NCBI GenBank assembly: GCA_973895155.1
Contig: OZ316895.1
Span: 13,255,186-13,319,185 of the forward strand
Length of the DNA: 64,000 nt
Source of the DNA: Marsupella aquatica
Lineage: Eukaryota > Plantae > Marchantiophyta
Reading direction: 5' to 3'
Below the pieces are notes generated by a model. The model was not told the origin of the DNA. It worked only from the letters and a program-made list of their open reading frames with translations, and made no database searches. Both the position numbers and the translations under genes were made by a program. Shown one piece after another: positions 1-14,989 of this stretch; position 1 is the first letter of the stretch, and each line of letters opens with the position of its first letter.

Positions 1-1080
1 CTCATGCTGAGAACCAGGCTATTGGCGCGAGGACAAGATTGAGCAGATGATTGCCCGGCTACCCAAAGACAAATCTCCAGGGATCGATAGAGTGACTGTG
101 GAGGTGCTCGACAAGGGCTGGACCTATGTGAGACCGGCTTGTTGAGATGATCCAAGCTTACTGGCGGGATGGGAAGGCCACCTCTAGGCGGGCCTCTAGG
201 GCCTCGGCTGGTGTTATTAGACTCATTCCTAAAAACATGGAGATCATAGACCTCAACAACTGGAGATCCTTAACCATGCTCATTTTGACCGAAAAGCTTC
301 AGTAATTGCTTGCCAACAGGATCAAGAAGGAAGGTTGCGAGCAAGCTGGTCGACTCTCAATAAACCGGGTTCTTGGAGGGCAGAGACATTACAGACAACC
401 TGATGACATCTAAGCTCAGTCAGGAGCTTGCCACAGTCAACAAGCAACCGCTAATTTTCCCAAACTTCATTTGTGAAAGCATATGATAGGTGGAGCACTC
501 TTTCATAGGCAGTCATGAAAGCTATGGAATATCAAGAGACGGTCATCATGCTGGTGGAAGGAACTCAATCCAAAGTGCACATTAATGGTAAGTTCACCAA
601 GCCGATCCACCTGGATAGAGGGGTAAGACAGGTGTGCCCACTTTCTTCTATTCTCTTTACCTTGACAATGCAACCACTGATTGGCATTGCTCAAGGACAC
701 TCGAAGTGGAAGGGATGCAACTCCACAATGGAAGCCGGCTAGTGTCATCAGCTCTTTGCTGATGACACCGGCCTTTTCATTGCTGCTAATGAACAGGAGT
801 TTAAGAACGCAGGAGATACCATTCAGAAGTACGAACACATCTTCGGGCCCTTCTAAACATTCAGAAATCCAAAATTATTTTGCTTTTCTTGGAGGAAGGG
901 GTTTACCATCGGTGGCTACAAGAGGCAGGCTGCAGCATTGCTAAGGAAGGGGAGATCAACCGAGTACTTGGGCTGCCCTATTGGAGCCCTATTGGATACA
1001 GTCAGGCCACTTGTTTCTATGTAGGCAAAAATATGTCATTTTTTGCTCCACACTCCCCTTACAAAAACCCGATACATTTG
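1..1080 (+). mobile_element. Degenerate LINE (non-LTR retrotransposon) reverse transcriptase fragment
   Basis: L1-type RT motifs in order across broken frames: KSPGID (~71), GVIRLIPK, NWRSLTML, GFLEGRDITDNL, KAYDRVEH, VHINGKFTKPIHLDRGVRQ.CPLS..LF (ORF 515-742), QLFADDT (~748-768). Several stops and frameshifts; runs off the left edge. Confidence 0.85.
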
Positions 1081-1699
1081 GCCCTCATGTTTTACTCAGC
1101 AAAATGCAGCTGGGAAGGGGAAGGGGGGCCAAGGGGGGTGGCTGCGTGTTAAGGCTAGCCAATAGAGACTTGCAACATGGCAGCCGAAACCCATATACGA
1201 GTTAATACTGACCCTAATACAAAATGAGGTTGGGTTGATAATTAATTTTGATTGGGGGGCACATTAATAATATCGGGTAATTTAAGGGACATATTAGTAA
1301 AAAGTTGTAAAGGGCTATGGGTTATCTGTAGCTCTCATTATACACTAAAGAGATTCAATTTGAGTAGTAACTAGCCCCAACTACCTTTTTTTGAACATGA
1401 ATATTTTATAGTACAATAAATGTGTCACCAACTTATATTCCCTACTATTCACATTCTTAGGAAAGTTAATCATCATGTGTGTCATCATTTTAATAATCAT
1501 ACAGACATACCATTCTTTCCCTTCACCCCTTTATTGGGTTTTTTTGCCTTTGGCACCATGTCTCTCTGTTTGGTGCTCCTGCCTTTTTTGTTTGGCACTC
1601 CTGCCTTTTTGGCAGTGTGATATATTTCGTACATAACCTATCATTCTCCTTTCCATGTACATCCATTTTTTCTATGCAAATATGTTATAGTGAAGCCAT

Positions 1700-2150
1700 A
1701 GAGCACCCAGGTTTAACCTGACGGGCAAGTTTATGGCTTGCCGGGCACATAAAACCGTCAAAAGACGGTCCCAAAACGGCCAGTTTGATGTATATTCTTT
1801 GATATTCCCCTGTACTCCCCCGGTCCGCTGACTCCTGACCCGACCCGACTCCTGAACCGCCTGGGAACCCGCTCGGACCCAGCCTCCCGAACTGCTACCC
1901 GGCCTCCCGAACCGTTCCTGAACTCCTCCCCAACCTCCCGAACCCCTCCCCGACCCCTACCGAAATGCCTCCTCGGCCTCCCAAACCCATTCTAAACCCC
2001 CTAAACACCCGGCCTGGGCCAGCCCAGGTTGACCCTCACACCCGGACTGACCCCGAGATTGGGCGGCCGGGCGACCGGGTTTACGAATTTACGGTTTGAT
2101 GGGGAAAATTCCCCAGTTTGACGGGCAAGGTCAAACCGGGTAGGAGCACA
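1700..2150. repeat. C-rich short-repeat segment with weak terminal inverted similarity (possible MITE-like relic)
   Basis: Repeated CCTCCCGAACC-like units at 1835-1990. Left end acccaggtttaacct resembles the reverse complement of the right end (acccggtttgacct). tgacgggcaag occurs near both ends. Confidence 0.3.
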
Positions 2151-3308
2151 GTTTTTGAATGTAAATAAGAATCATGACAGAGAGCACAATGATCATTTAA
2201 GGTAAATACACGTGGTGGGCCATGGAATGGGCCATGGAATTATGGTTTAGAGTTTTCACTTTAGTAACCTATGCCCTAACTTTAACTTGTAGTTGACACT
2301 TTACAAATAAGATCTGCTTGAGCTCCACAAAAGGTAATAAATATTCCACTTTTATGGTGTGAGGACTAAGGAGATATGGAATGGAGCTTTTAGAGTAGCA
2401 CGTGTGTTTTAAGTGTACACTAAAGTTTGGGGTGGTAATAAAGGCCTCTGGGTAGCTTACTAGCTTCTAATGCTGGCAAACCTCACTAATTGCATTTACT
2501 GACCACTTTTCGTCAGGAAACACTTTAATGAAAGCCATGTAGATTGCTCTCAATTTTCGTTGTCATATCTTTCTCGTAAAGTCATTTGGGTCAGGACACT
2601 CTAAAAATAATGGCCTTGTGGATCAAGTCTGGTAGAACACAAATGACCCCTCAATTTGTGTCCTCTCGTTCGTGCAAAGTCCACCTATACTTATCACTAG
2701 GACATTTTCTTTTTTCCCCGTTGCTCAGTACCGCTTTATACAAAGAGTTAAAACATCAATACAAAATGACACGCCAGCCAAAGAAAGAATGTCCTTGGAC
2801 AGTCGCAATTAGAGTTCCACAAACGATCGTGGAACAATCTAGTTCCAGTAATCCAGTCAATGGAAATAGTAATAGCTGCACCTTTTGCAGCACTAACTGT
2901 TCCTCCTCGTCCTGTAAAGTGACAAGGTGGGAGCTATTCTTGCGTTGGCTGCCTGACAGCCAAGAATCGATACTCCAAAACCTTCAGGCCTGCCAAAAGC
3001 AAAGCCAAAAGCAAACCCCAGTCTGCCAAAAGCGAACCCCAGTCTGCCACTTCTAGGCTCTGCAAACAAAAAAACGGCCATTAAACATCGATGGCCCAAA
3101 TTGGGCTGTTGTCACTTCTAGAGTTCTAGGGGCTTCTAGGCTCCTCAAGCAAGATAACGGCCATTAAACATCGCTAGCCCAAATTGCACTTTTGTGGAAC
3201 AGATTCACATACATTGCATTTCATGTCCCTGTGGCTGATTTCGCCAGATCCTCGACGAGGGGATTTTACTTTCTTCAATCACTGCGAAGATTTTTCTCGT
3301 TGCATAAT

Positions 3309-4045
3309 TCATGGGGAAGAGAATTTGGAAAGAGAATGTAGAAGTCTTTACTCTAGAGAAGACAATGCTCAAATCTTGTATAGGAGATACTATTTGACAC
3401 TGATATATGGAAGAGATCTCGAAATCAATGCAAATAGCTTTTGGTTTATACATTTATGTATTTTATGTAAGATATGTTTTATGGGAGAGTGCATAAATCC
3501 CCTGCAACGATTGTTCTTTCCTATATTGTGCACTTTCATGGAAGAGAATGTCCATGTCATATGCAGTTTAACGGGCTCGGTAATTGCACATCAAAATATG
3601 ACATATACTATGTACGGCACCCCTGCATACCGTGATAATACTAGTTTTTTTCTTTCAATCAATGAATGCAGCCACATTTTGATGTGTGATTACCAGCCGG
3701 GCAGTTTAAGGGCATGTTGAGGTTTGTACTCTCCCTTTCATGGGGAAGAGAATTTAGAAAGAGAATGTAGAAGTCTTTACTCTAGAGAAGACAATGCTCA
3801 AATCTTGTACACTTCTGTAGTTTATGGAGGAGATACTTTTTGACACTGCCATATGGAAGAGATCTCGAAATCAATGCAAATAGCTTTTGGTTTATACATT
3901 TATGTATTTTATGGAAGATATGTTTTATGGGAGAGTGCCTAAATCCCCTGCAACGATTGTTCTTTTCTATATTTGTGCACTTTCATGGAAGAGAATGTCC
4001 ATGTCATATGCAGTTTAAGGTCATGTTGAGGTTTGTACTCCCCTT
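3309..4045. repeat. Local tandem duplication (~260-300 bp unit)
   Basis: 3309-3570 is nearly identical to 3737-4018 (ttcatggggaagagaattt...catgtcatatgcagtttaa). gcagtttaagg.catgttgaggtttgtactc occurs at 3701 and 4011. ORFs 3184 and 3840 share the same peptide. Confidence 0.9.
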
Positions 4046-5409
4046 GTCTCCCGGTAAAGAAAGGTAAATTGACAGATTTTGAGATTTGTACTCTAAGTGC
4101 CTCCTGGTAAAGAAAGTAAACTCCTGCATTGAGTTGGAAACATGGTACGATTATAGCTTATCGGAGTTACATTGTTTGGGAGCCTATTGAGGTTACTTTG
4201 TCTTATTGGGATTTTTACATGTATCTTTATTTCAATTTCAAGGTGCATCTTTTGTACAATTGGGACTTTGAATTTTTTTTGCCCCTAGTGTTTTAAATTT
4301 CCTTTTTCTAGATCATCTTTATAGGTCTATATTTCTTTTTTAATTTTGCCATCCCTTTGTTAGAATATGTCATGTTTATCATAATATAATATTAACCATT
4401 TATACACTAAGCATACCTCAACCCTAACCTATCTCTTTCCAAGAGTGTTAGAAGTGAAAAGCTTGTGAGAATCAAACATTTCAAGAGGATGGCAACCCCT
4501 CTCCATATAACTGATACTCAGATTGTTGTTTCCTAAGTTAGTAGTTTGAGTGATTTACATGTTATTAACTAAAGTCATTTTCAGAGGAACATGAAGGCCC
4601 TGTCACTTTTGTGAAAATGATTTATAATATTTTAGAAGCTAAATAGACGTGTAATATAAATCACACGTGGGGATCAAGTGGGACCAATTCTTATTAGGAC
4701 ATCAGTAGTGATGAGAGCGCACAAGTCAACCAAAACTAAATTTATTTAACTCTAAACTGCTTCATGACAAATCTTCTCAACTCTATATTAGAATCTTTTT
4801 TATTGGAACCACCACAAAAGTCTACTCTACTTTATTCTTGGGTATACTCATGGCTCTATTTAGCTTGAAGAAAATTGTTTTGCTTATTTATCTATATACA
4901 ATAGTACTAAAAGTTTCTTGATACCATTTGGAGAAGGTAGCTTAAAATCGGAGCAACCTTTCTATATGAACTTTGTGCTTGGTGGAGCAGGTAAGACTCG
5001 TGCCCAATGGGGGACACGTTGGTTCTTTTACTCGAAATTTTTATTTATGAGAAGTTACTTTAAATTGCTTTCAGACTGTCATGAGTAGTCGTTTACATTT
5101 TTCCTAGATGGTTAATTTTTTTCTAGCCAAAATGTTTACTGGTGAATTGGAGTTTTCCCGTGTGCTTATGTTAACAGAACGTACATTTCAAGAGCATTTC
5201 ACCCCATAGATTTTTTTTCAAACTGGTAGACTTATCCGTAAGTTCATTATTTTCTTATGTGTTGGCGCTTGTTCTGATTTTTTTGTTGTAAAATTTTCTG
5301 AAAAACAATTACGTTTGCATCCAGTTTAGGACTGAAACTTAATTTATTCCCTGTATCTCAAGATAGGCAGCACTTAGCATTTGACCCATCATTTTCTATC
5401 AAAATGGCT

Positions 5410-5538
5410 AGTCTGAAATTGAATATCCTCCCAAGACGGCTGCATATATTCCAGTCTGAAATTGAATATCCTTCCAAGATGGAAGCATATATTCCAGTCT
5501 GAAATTGAATATCCTCCCAAGACGGTCGCATATATTCC
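5410..5538. repeat. Three tandem 43-bp repeats
   Basis: agtctgaaattgaatatcct(c/t)ccaaga(c/t)gg..gcatatattcc at 5410, 5453 and 5496, with no spacers. Confidence 0.9.
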
Positions 5539-5569
5539 ATACATGATGCTTTTTAGAGGTGCACATTAT

Positions 5570-6162
5570 TACATTGTTCATCATAATTAATGTGACTAAC
5601 ACTACTAGTAAATTTATATTCAAAAACATATACCTGTGTTTTTGGGGGACATTGTTCATCATAATTAATGTGACTAACACTACTAGTAAATTTATATTCA
5701 AAAAGTTTTTGGGGGTGCACATTCATTGTAATTAGTGTCATTAACATTAATTAGAGAGTGCCTTTTTTTAGGGTTACTCATAAATTAGTGTTAGTTACAC
5801 TAATTTTATACTAACATTTCACGCACGTGGTATCATTAACATTAATTAAAGAGTGCCCTTTTTTAGGGTTACTCATAAATTAGTGTTAGTTACACTAATT
5901 TTATACTAACATTTCACGCACGTGAGTTACTATGGTTTTAAGAATAACAAAATAGAGAAAAAAAACTATTTTGAAAAATACACAACAATTAGTGTTATTT
6001 TGGATTCAATATTATTCATTTTTTTACAAGCAATTAAAAGTAAAGTGAAAAAAAAATTGTTTTGAAAAAGTTACTTGGACTCAAAATTATTATTGTCAAA
6101 ATTAGTGTTAATTTTTTACTAAAAACTAATTTTGCATAACACTAATTAAAATGAACATTGTA
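5570..6162. mobile_element. AT-rich MITE-like element with short TIRs and internal tandem duplications
   Basis: Left end tacattgttcat versus reverse complement of right end tacaatgttcat, TA-bounded. Internal duplications at 5571/5649 and ~5738/5833. Many aattagtgtta motifs. Related copy at 54178-54796. Confidence 0.6.
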
Positions 6163-7704
6163 GCATGGGCGTAACCAGCAGAAAGGCATTTCGATATACC
6201 CTACCTGTACTTGTAGCAAGGTTCGGCCAAATAATAGTTACCGTCCCGGCGATGGCGTGGACGGTTCGAAAGTTGTATAACAACTACTATCCGGTAAGAT
6301 TACGAGGCTACAAAACAATCAGTGAGGTACTAGAGGCCTGAAACAGTTGGCTAGAAGGCCCACATCGCAATAAGTCTCATACACGTGTACTCAGCATAGC
6401 CCGGCCGTTCCATCAGAAAATCAGTCCCACCGAAGATCTTTCGGTATCTTTCGATCTCCATGCAAATCATCACTGTGTCCAGAGTTTTAAGAATCCAAAA
6501 AGTACAAGTCGTTCGCACTCGGGAACCAATCCCTCCAAGTTTGAAAGTGTCTAGGGGTTTTGAGAATCCAAAGAGTGCTAGTAATTCGCACTCAGGAAGC
6601 AATCTGTCTAATAGAAAGTCCAAGTTTGAAAGTGTCTGAGAATTGCTTCAAACGCAACGCAGGTCACCAGCAACATAACACCGGACTCGGGAAAGTGATA
6701 ACCAGAGAGGGATGAAGTTTGACTATTTCGCACACGATCCTGTCACCTGAGAAATTGCGGATGGCAAAATCTGAGGATTGAGTTAGTCCATAAACTGTCC
6801 TTGGGCAGGAGCTTTCTTGCAGTATGAGGTTCCCGCACCACTACAAAGTCCCACGTGTTCGCTCGTGCTAGATGTTGACCTCAGTCATGAGCGTTGAATG
6901 CACAGTGTGACAGTATTGTCGTCGTCAAGACGTTCTGCCAAATGCATACATTCAAAGATGCCTGCGCGCATTCTTGTTCAGTGATTACTATTCAAAGGCA
7001 TTGCGAACAGCTCGGCGGATAGCTGACATCCATTGTCTTGAATTACTTTACAGTAGTCTACAGTTTACAGCTAGCACTGCTTCGGGGAGAGCTCTGCCGC
7101 TTCGCCCACGTCCCTAGTCCAGTGCCAGGTTTACTTCTGGAACCTGCATTTCGCGCCTCTTCCCGTTCAAACTTGATCGGAAGTGACGCAATTCTTGCTG
7201 TGTCGAGATTTATTGCTTAAAGATGGCAACGGATGTTTGACCATTATCTACCCACTCCACGACCCATTCGAGTGGGGACCGATTGGAGTGGGTTTTGGGT
7301 TTAGATGGAGATCTGGTTGGCCAGCTAATATGACAGCACCAAGTTTCACAGTACAGTACACTAAATAACAGCGTGCTTGAGAGTTTATGCCCTGGCATCA
7401 TGCAATCGGGAGAGTGAACCTCTACCAGTGCCATCGGACGAAAGAGTGAATGTCCTTCCGCAAGATTGAGACTACTCATTACCAGTGGCTTGCGAAGCTG
7501 TTTGTGATCAATTCTGTGATGAATTAGTATGTACAATTTCATTGTGCTGTTCCTCATGTTTTCCTAAACTAAAATCCGCTGGTGTCCAGTTCAACCTCGA
7601 AAAATCAACAGAAATTAATGTATGGCAACGGTGTACTGATCAACCTCGAAAAATATACAGAAATTACCGTATGGCAAAGTAGGTAAAGATTTCAGCTCCT
7701 CCGT

Positions 7705-9801
<2,097 letters not shown>

Positions 9802-11829
9802 TGCGACCTGAGGAGTAACAGCACACCAGAAACCCATGTCAGGACTTCACATCAAGAGCGTACAGAGGCAATTCAAATACCTACAAGGCAACGAGAGATC
9901 TCGTACAGCAGCTCCAAATGATTGTATGGAGTAAGATATCAACAGTTACAAAAGATGGAGCCACTACACGAACACCTTGCAAATTATGCACTGAACAACC
10001 GAAGGATTCCGACAACGGTACGCAGTGCGCGGAAGAGCGCCAAGCCTCAGGCAGGCGCCGCATTGCACCCACCATCAAGCAGATTGGGTACATTTCGAGG
10101 AGACAGAAAGCACCTCATGACACAGAATTTTCAAGGCATCGGATCTTCTCTCTCTAATCTCCTATCTGGACTGATCTCTGACGCCAAATCTAAGGCAGGT
10201 TCACACACAATATGAAGGACATCGAAGGGCTTCTCTTTGGGTAGTTTCTCAGGAAATGCACAATCTTAGCGATTCAGACAATGAGGCCAATATCGAGTAA
10301 TACAAACGAGGAGATTTCGTCGAAAATGTAAGGCAGAGCTGATCCTTGGATTGAAAACAAAGGATTCGCTCCACGACGATGAACGACAAGTCCTCGGAGA
10401 CGGATCCGTCGATCCAGTAAGGCCACTTTCAACTAATAGAGGGCATTCGTCAAGGAGGAACAGAAAAACTCTGCCACTTCGTCATGTTGCGTTGCAAAGG
10501 ACGACCACTTGCCCTCGGCGACCAGTCGATCGATCTGTTCAAGTGCCAAAGCTCATAGTACGAACTTACCATCGCGTCACTCCTCCAAGGGCTAGGACTC
10601 TGCCTCGATCGTCGACTGGAAGTCGCAACCTCCTCCCTTGCTCTCTCACAGTCCGAAAACGCCGTTCCGAGCCTTTGCCTTGATGTCTTGCGGACCAAGC
10701 GACTTTCTAAAACGACCACTTCTGGAGCTTCAGGCAAACTTTCCTCTATCACCCCCAACCCCTCCGTCTCGGATAGCACGTAGTTTTATGCTGGTTGGAA
10801 GACACTCCGTCTGTCTAACCCCGTCCCATCCCGCTCCTCGACCGATTTCGTTGTCCAATTCCTGCCGGATGGGCACCGAGCTTTTCCTTCCCAGACTTAG
10901 TGTTCCACGTGCCCCATCAGGCCATCACTTTTCCAGACGTGAAGGTTCCTTCTCTACACTGAAACCTATTATTATTGCTCCCCGATCCGGTGATCCCTAT
11001 CCCAGCGGAGGTGGCTTCCTCGTCTTCGCAGCATGGCTGCGTCAGTACCGTAGGCGAGAGCAGATGGTGGGCAATAAAGAATAGTAATGCCTCTGGTACC
11101 GTGGATGCGTGGGCAGGGCTAATATTCGTGATTCGGATGGCGCAGGCCCTTGCCAGGTCGCTTCCCTGGCCACATTTTTTTGGTATAGACATGATACGAG
11201 CCGTGCGTAACATGTGAAAACGGACGAGAACCACTCCTCCTCTCCCGCTGTGCCAGCCCAGTTTCTGTTAGAGATTCTGCAGTCGCACTGGTCACGACTA
11301 ACATGAGGACGCTCTCACGCTCGCTTGCTTTCGTTCGCTTCAGCCTTCATGGCTTCCTTCACATCGACAGCTGCCGCTGACGGCTCTGGTCTTCCTCGGA
11401 CCTCGGTAGCTTCCCACCACAGCTTATTCGGCGAGAAAATGATGCCGAACGGAATGACAGAGAGGGGTGCCGTCCGGACCTCGCTGTCGTCTCCGCGTCC
11501 CCTTCTCTCGACTGTGCCCTCACTGAGCGTGGTCGTTGCCGTGTGGTGCCGTGGACTCGGACGGCGTCATTGGCCTTCTTCGGCGCCGGACTGCCGCGCG
11601 GCCTCTCGTGGCCGGTGGGCTACCCCCACTACGACTGTGCTCCGCCTCTGTAGCCGCTGAGCTTTCGGAACGGACCGCCCACGGACCGTTAGTCGCTCAC
11701 TCCATTCCATTCTACGGACCGCCCCCGCCCCGGCGACTGCATCTGGGTTGAAGGCGTCTCTCCTTTTGGACCCGACTCCCTCGAGGCACCCAGTTGCTCG
11801 AGTGTTTGTCTCAGAGTGAACTGTCTCGA

Positions 11830-12520
11830 ATAAGTGCAAAGCAAGTGCAGGGTCTTGGGACTACGCCACAACAGAACTTATCCATAGACTGCCCTGTGTT
11901 ATAAATTGTGTCTAGTGCCGGCAAGTGCAGGCTCCTGGGACTACACCACAAGCCCGCACTTATCCATGGAATGAACTATGTTATAAAACTGTGTCTATGT
12001 TATAACCACAAACCTGCACTTATCCAATAGAAGGTACTATGTTTTAAATGCACGAGATATATGTGTTTCTCTTACAGTGAACTTTGTCTAAGTACGTTCC
12101 GGGACAACCGCACAAGCCTGCACTAAGCTATAAATACATGAGATATGGGCATGGTTTGCAGAGTCTAATAAGTGCATGGGAAGTCATTTATCCAATTAAG
12201 TGTTGTGTTGTCAGGTTACACACATTGGACTTCTCATACCCCAAGCCCTCATATAGCATGATTGGATAAGTGCATGAAATTACTTTAAGCAGTTGTTTGC
12301 TGCACTTATGAATAAGTGTTTCTCATGTCTTGCATTGCAGTAATTGATAAATGCATGTGTACACTTGTAGAGAAATGCACTTATGCATATGTCTTTTAGT
12401 TCCCACATATGGTTGTTTAGTGGGGATGGACCTGCACTTATGCAAACTGCATTTTTGGTGCATTTGAAAAGGAAATTGTTGAAATATTAGGGGACTCCAT
12501 GGATGGTCTGCACTTATCCA
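11830..12520. repeat. Array of TGCACTTAT/ATAAGTGCA motifs with ~80-bp degenerate tandem units
   Basis: About a dozen exact or near copies in both orientations. Units gcaagtgcagg..tgggactac.ccacaa...cttatccat at ~11841 and ~11920. Confidence 0.7.
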
Positions 12521-14989
12521 CGCTGAACTTAGACACGATTAACTGTAGTTAGGCTTTCATTGGGTGGGATGCACCCAGTATTTTGTGATCAACCTGCAGA
12601 CTTGACCATGACTCTTGCCAAATCATCTGTAGCCATGGCCATCCAGGTTTCAAGCAATAGCACAATCCACTCTGTGACATAGATTAACCTGAGTTGGCTC
12701 ATGTACCACTAGCCCCAACAAGCCAATTCTAACAGTCAAGAGGCAAGTGTTGGTGCACCTATGGCCTGGGCTTGACTTTATCATGGGCCGGTGGGGACTG
12801 AAGAAGGCATAAACATTAAAATCCCGCTAAAACTTGTCCCGGCCTGGCATCCCACGCAATTGGTGGGCACTCCAAATGAGTGAGTAGTGAGGTGAGTGAT
12901 TAGTTTAAGATTCTCTGGCACTGTGTACCTGGCCTCAATTCCCACACGAAACACTATTTGAGGGGGGATCAAGCGCTTGCATCACAAAGGCACTTTGACA
13001 TATTGTCCCATTTTCAATGGCAGGTGGACCATCCAAGCTGCAATGAAGCTGTTTCAGGACATTCCAAAGATATGGTGGAGGAGTTCCCTGCATGCTCATG
13101 CACACCAATATGGTGTGAGGAGAGTGAAAAGTGTCAGGACCGGAGAACATCTGGGCATAGTAGGGATTCAAATTTAACTTTTCATGGCCCAAATCCTTAA
13201 ATTCCTCACCGACCTGGGTATTTACAGGGCAACAGTAATGGGATTGCTCTAATTGTGAAGCTGGCAAAATTTTGAATCCGTGAGAATAGTGTTAGCAACT
13301 CACAGTTCTATGGGGCATGACCTACTCTGTACAGTGGAGTCATAGGTCATTAATAACAAAAAATTTGATATTTAGACTATGCTTGTGAATAGGGGCAGAG
13401 ACAGGGAGAGTCCTTCCTATGCACACGCACAGGTATTCAAGCTAGTTAAAAGTAAATAGCTATTCATTAAAACCTTCAGAAGTTTTTATCAAAGTAACTT
13501 GTCCTTCCCAAATTATGTGACTCCCCAGTGCAAAGTGCCTCATTTCTGGGCTTTTGCTGGAAAGAGATAACAGTAGCAATGATTCGCTTCAGAGTAATGC
13601 TCTACTTACACGTGATGCACTGTCACAAAGATAAGAGTACAGGGCATGGGGGAAATGGATGATTGGCAAGTTACTTATAATAAGGGCCTACAATAATTCT
13701 AGTTTTGAATAGCAAATCTTGGTCCACTATTCAAGTACCAAGGCTCTGGGGAGAAAACAGTACCATTTTTGGAAGTGAATTGCATGGTGAATTTGGCTTG
13801 ATATACAGAATACCTATAATCCAGAAGGTAGGACATCACTGAGTCAGCAGTTATTTTGTTGACTTCATGAAAGCAAGACTGAGGAAGGCATAAATTGAGG
13901 ACATGAAACATGCGTGGCTCACTGGGGATTTTCTCTGCTTAAATGATCGACACATACATTCACTCGTACCCACTCAACTACCCTAAATGCAGTTATAACC
14001 GAAAATTTTGCCCTCCACCTTTGACACAATCATCTTTTTAATGGAGCCTTCCTTTCAAGGGCACTTGTTTTTTTCAGGTACTTTTTCTAGTTTTCATAGG
14101 ATGATTGATTGAGAGCTGTCCTCCTGGATGTTCTCCATTCAGTGCCCTAGCAAAATGGGCACTGCCTGGCAAAAGCTAGTTTTTTGTGCATGTGCGAGCC
14201 CACCTAAGTACTTAGAATCATGGCAAAAATAAACTCATATGAGTGACTGATACCTGATATGAGGGCAATGGAGACATGGCAGGAATACTCTGGTAAGAAT
14301 GAACAGAATCCCCCCCCCCCACAACAACACGTTATGGTCAATTGGGTTCCGTGGATGGCAAAAGCTGTTTTGAGGGAAATCCAGCAATTTTCATATTTAA
14401 GCAGCAGAGTTTGCCATTCTTTCCGCAGACGCATGGAATTCTTTGAAAGCCAAGCAAATGCCAGAGGGTGACATACTGTGTTGCCTAGCAAGATTCTGTT
14501 GCTACACGAGTTAAGTGGATGCTCCAAAAGGGAAATAGGGGCACTCCACTAAAGGGTGGAGGTGTAGACCTATCCACAAAAGTTTGACTGTGTAAGTGCA
14601 AGTTTTACAAAAAGTTTGTAATAAAATCCTATCCGTAAACTTGCCTAACCATGCATGACGGGTGGGTCTTTCTTGACAATAAGTGGCAGGACATGACCAA
14701 AGCAAAACATGTGCATGAAAAACGTTTTTGGCAACTTGATAGATGTATAAAAGTGTTCCAACACAAGCACCAATACATACTAAGTCATGGGTTTACGTAA
14801 AGCTCTAGCACCCCCTAAACATAGGGTTGTACTAGTTGGATGGTTGCATGAGATTTCATTTCAGACTTTTGCATGGACCTGAACCTTTACTCCAGCAGCC
14901 AGGCCAGGCAAACGCAATGTCTCATGAGACTAAAAAGTACAGGAAAGGGTTTGATGGGGCCCCTCCAGGGACACAAACCCTGATAAGGC

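Noticed and set aside
3184-3720. 178-aa ORF
   Set aside because: Lies in a local duplication, starts at a non-ATG codon, and shows no recognisable domain.
5410-5538. CRISPR-like regular repeats
   Set aside because: Head-to-tail 43-bp units with no unique spacers, no cas genes, and a eukaryotic context.
10351-11871. Cluster of 60-150-aa ORFs on both strands
   Set aside because: GC-rich region with no recognisable domains; better explained as HCT 5' UTR or promoter.
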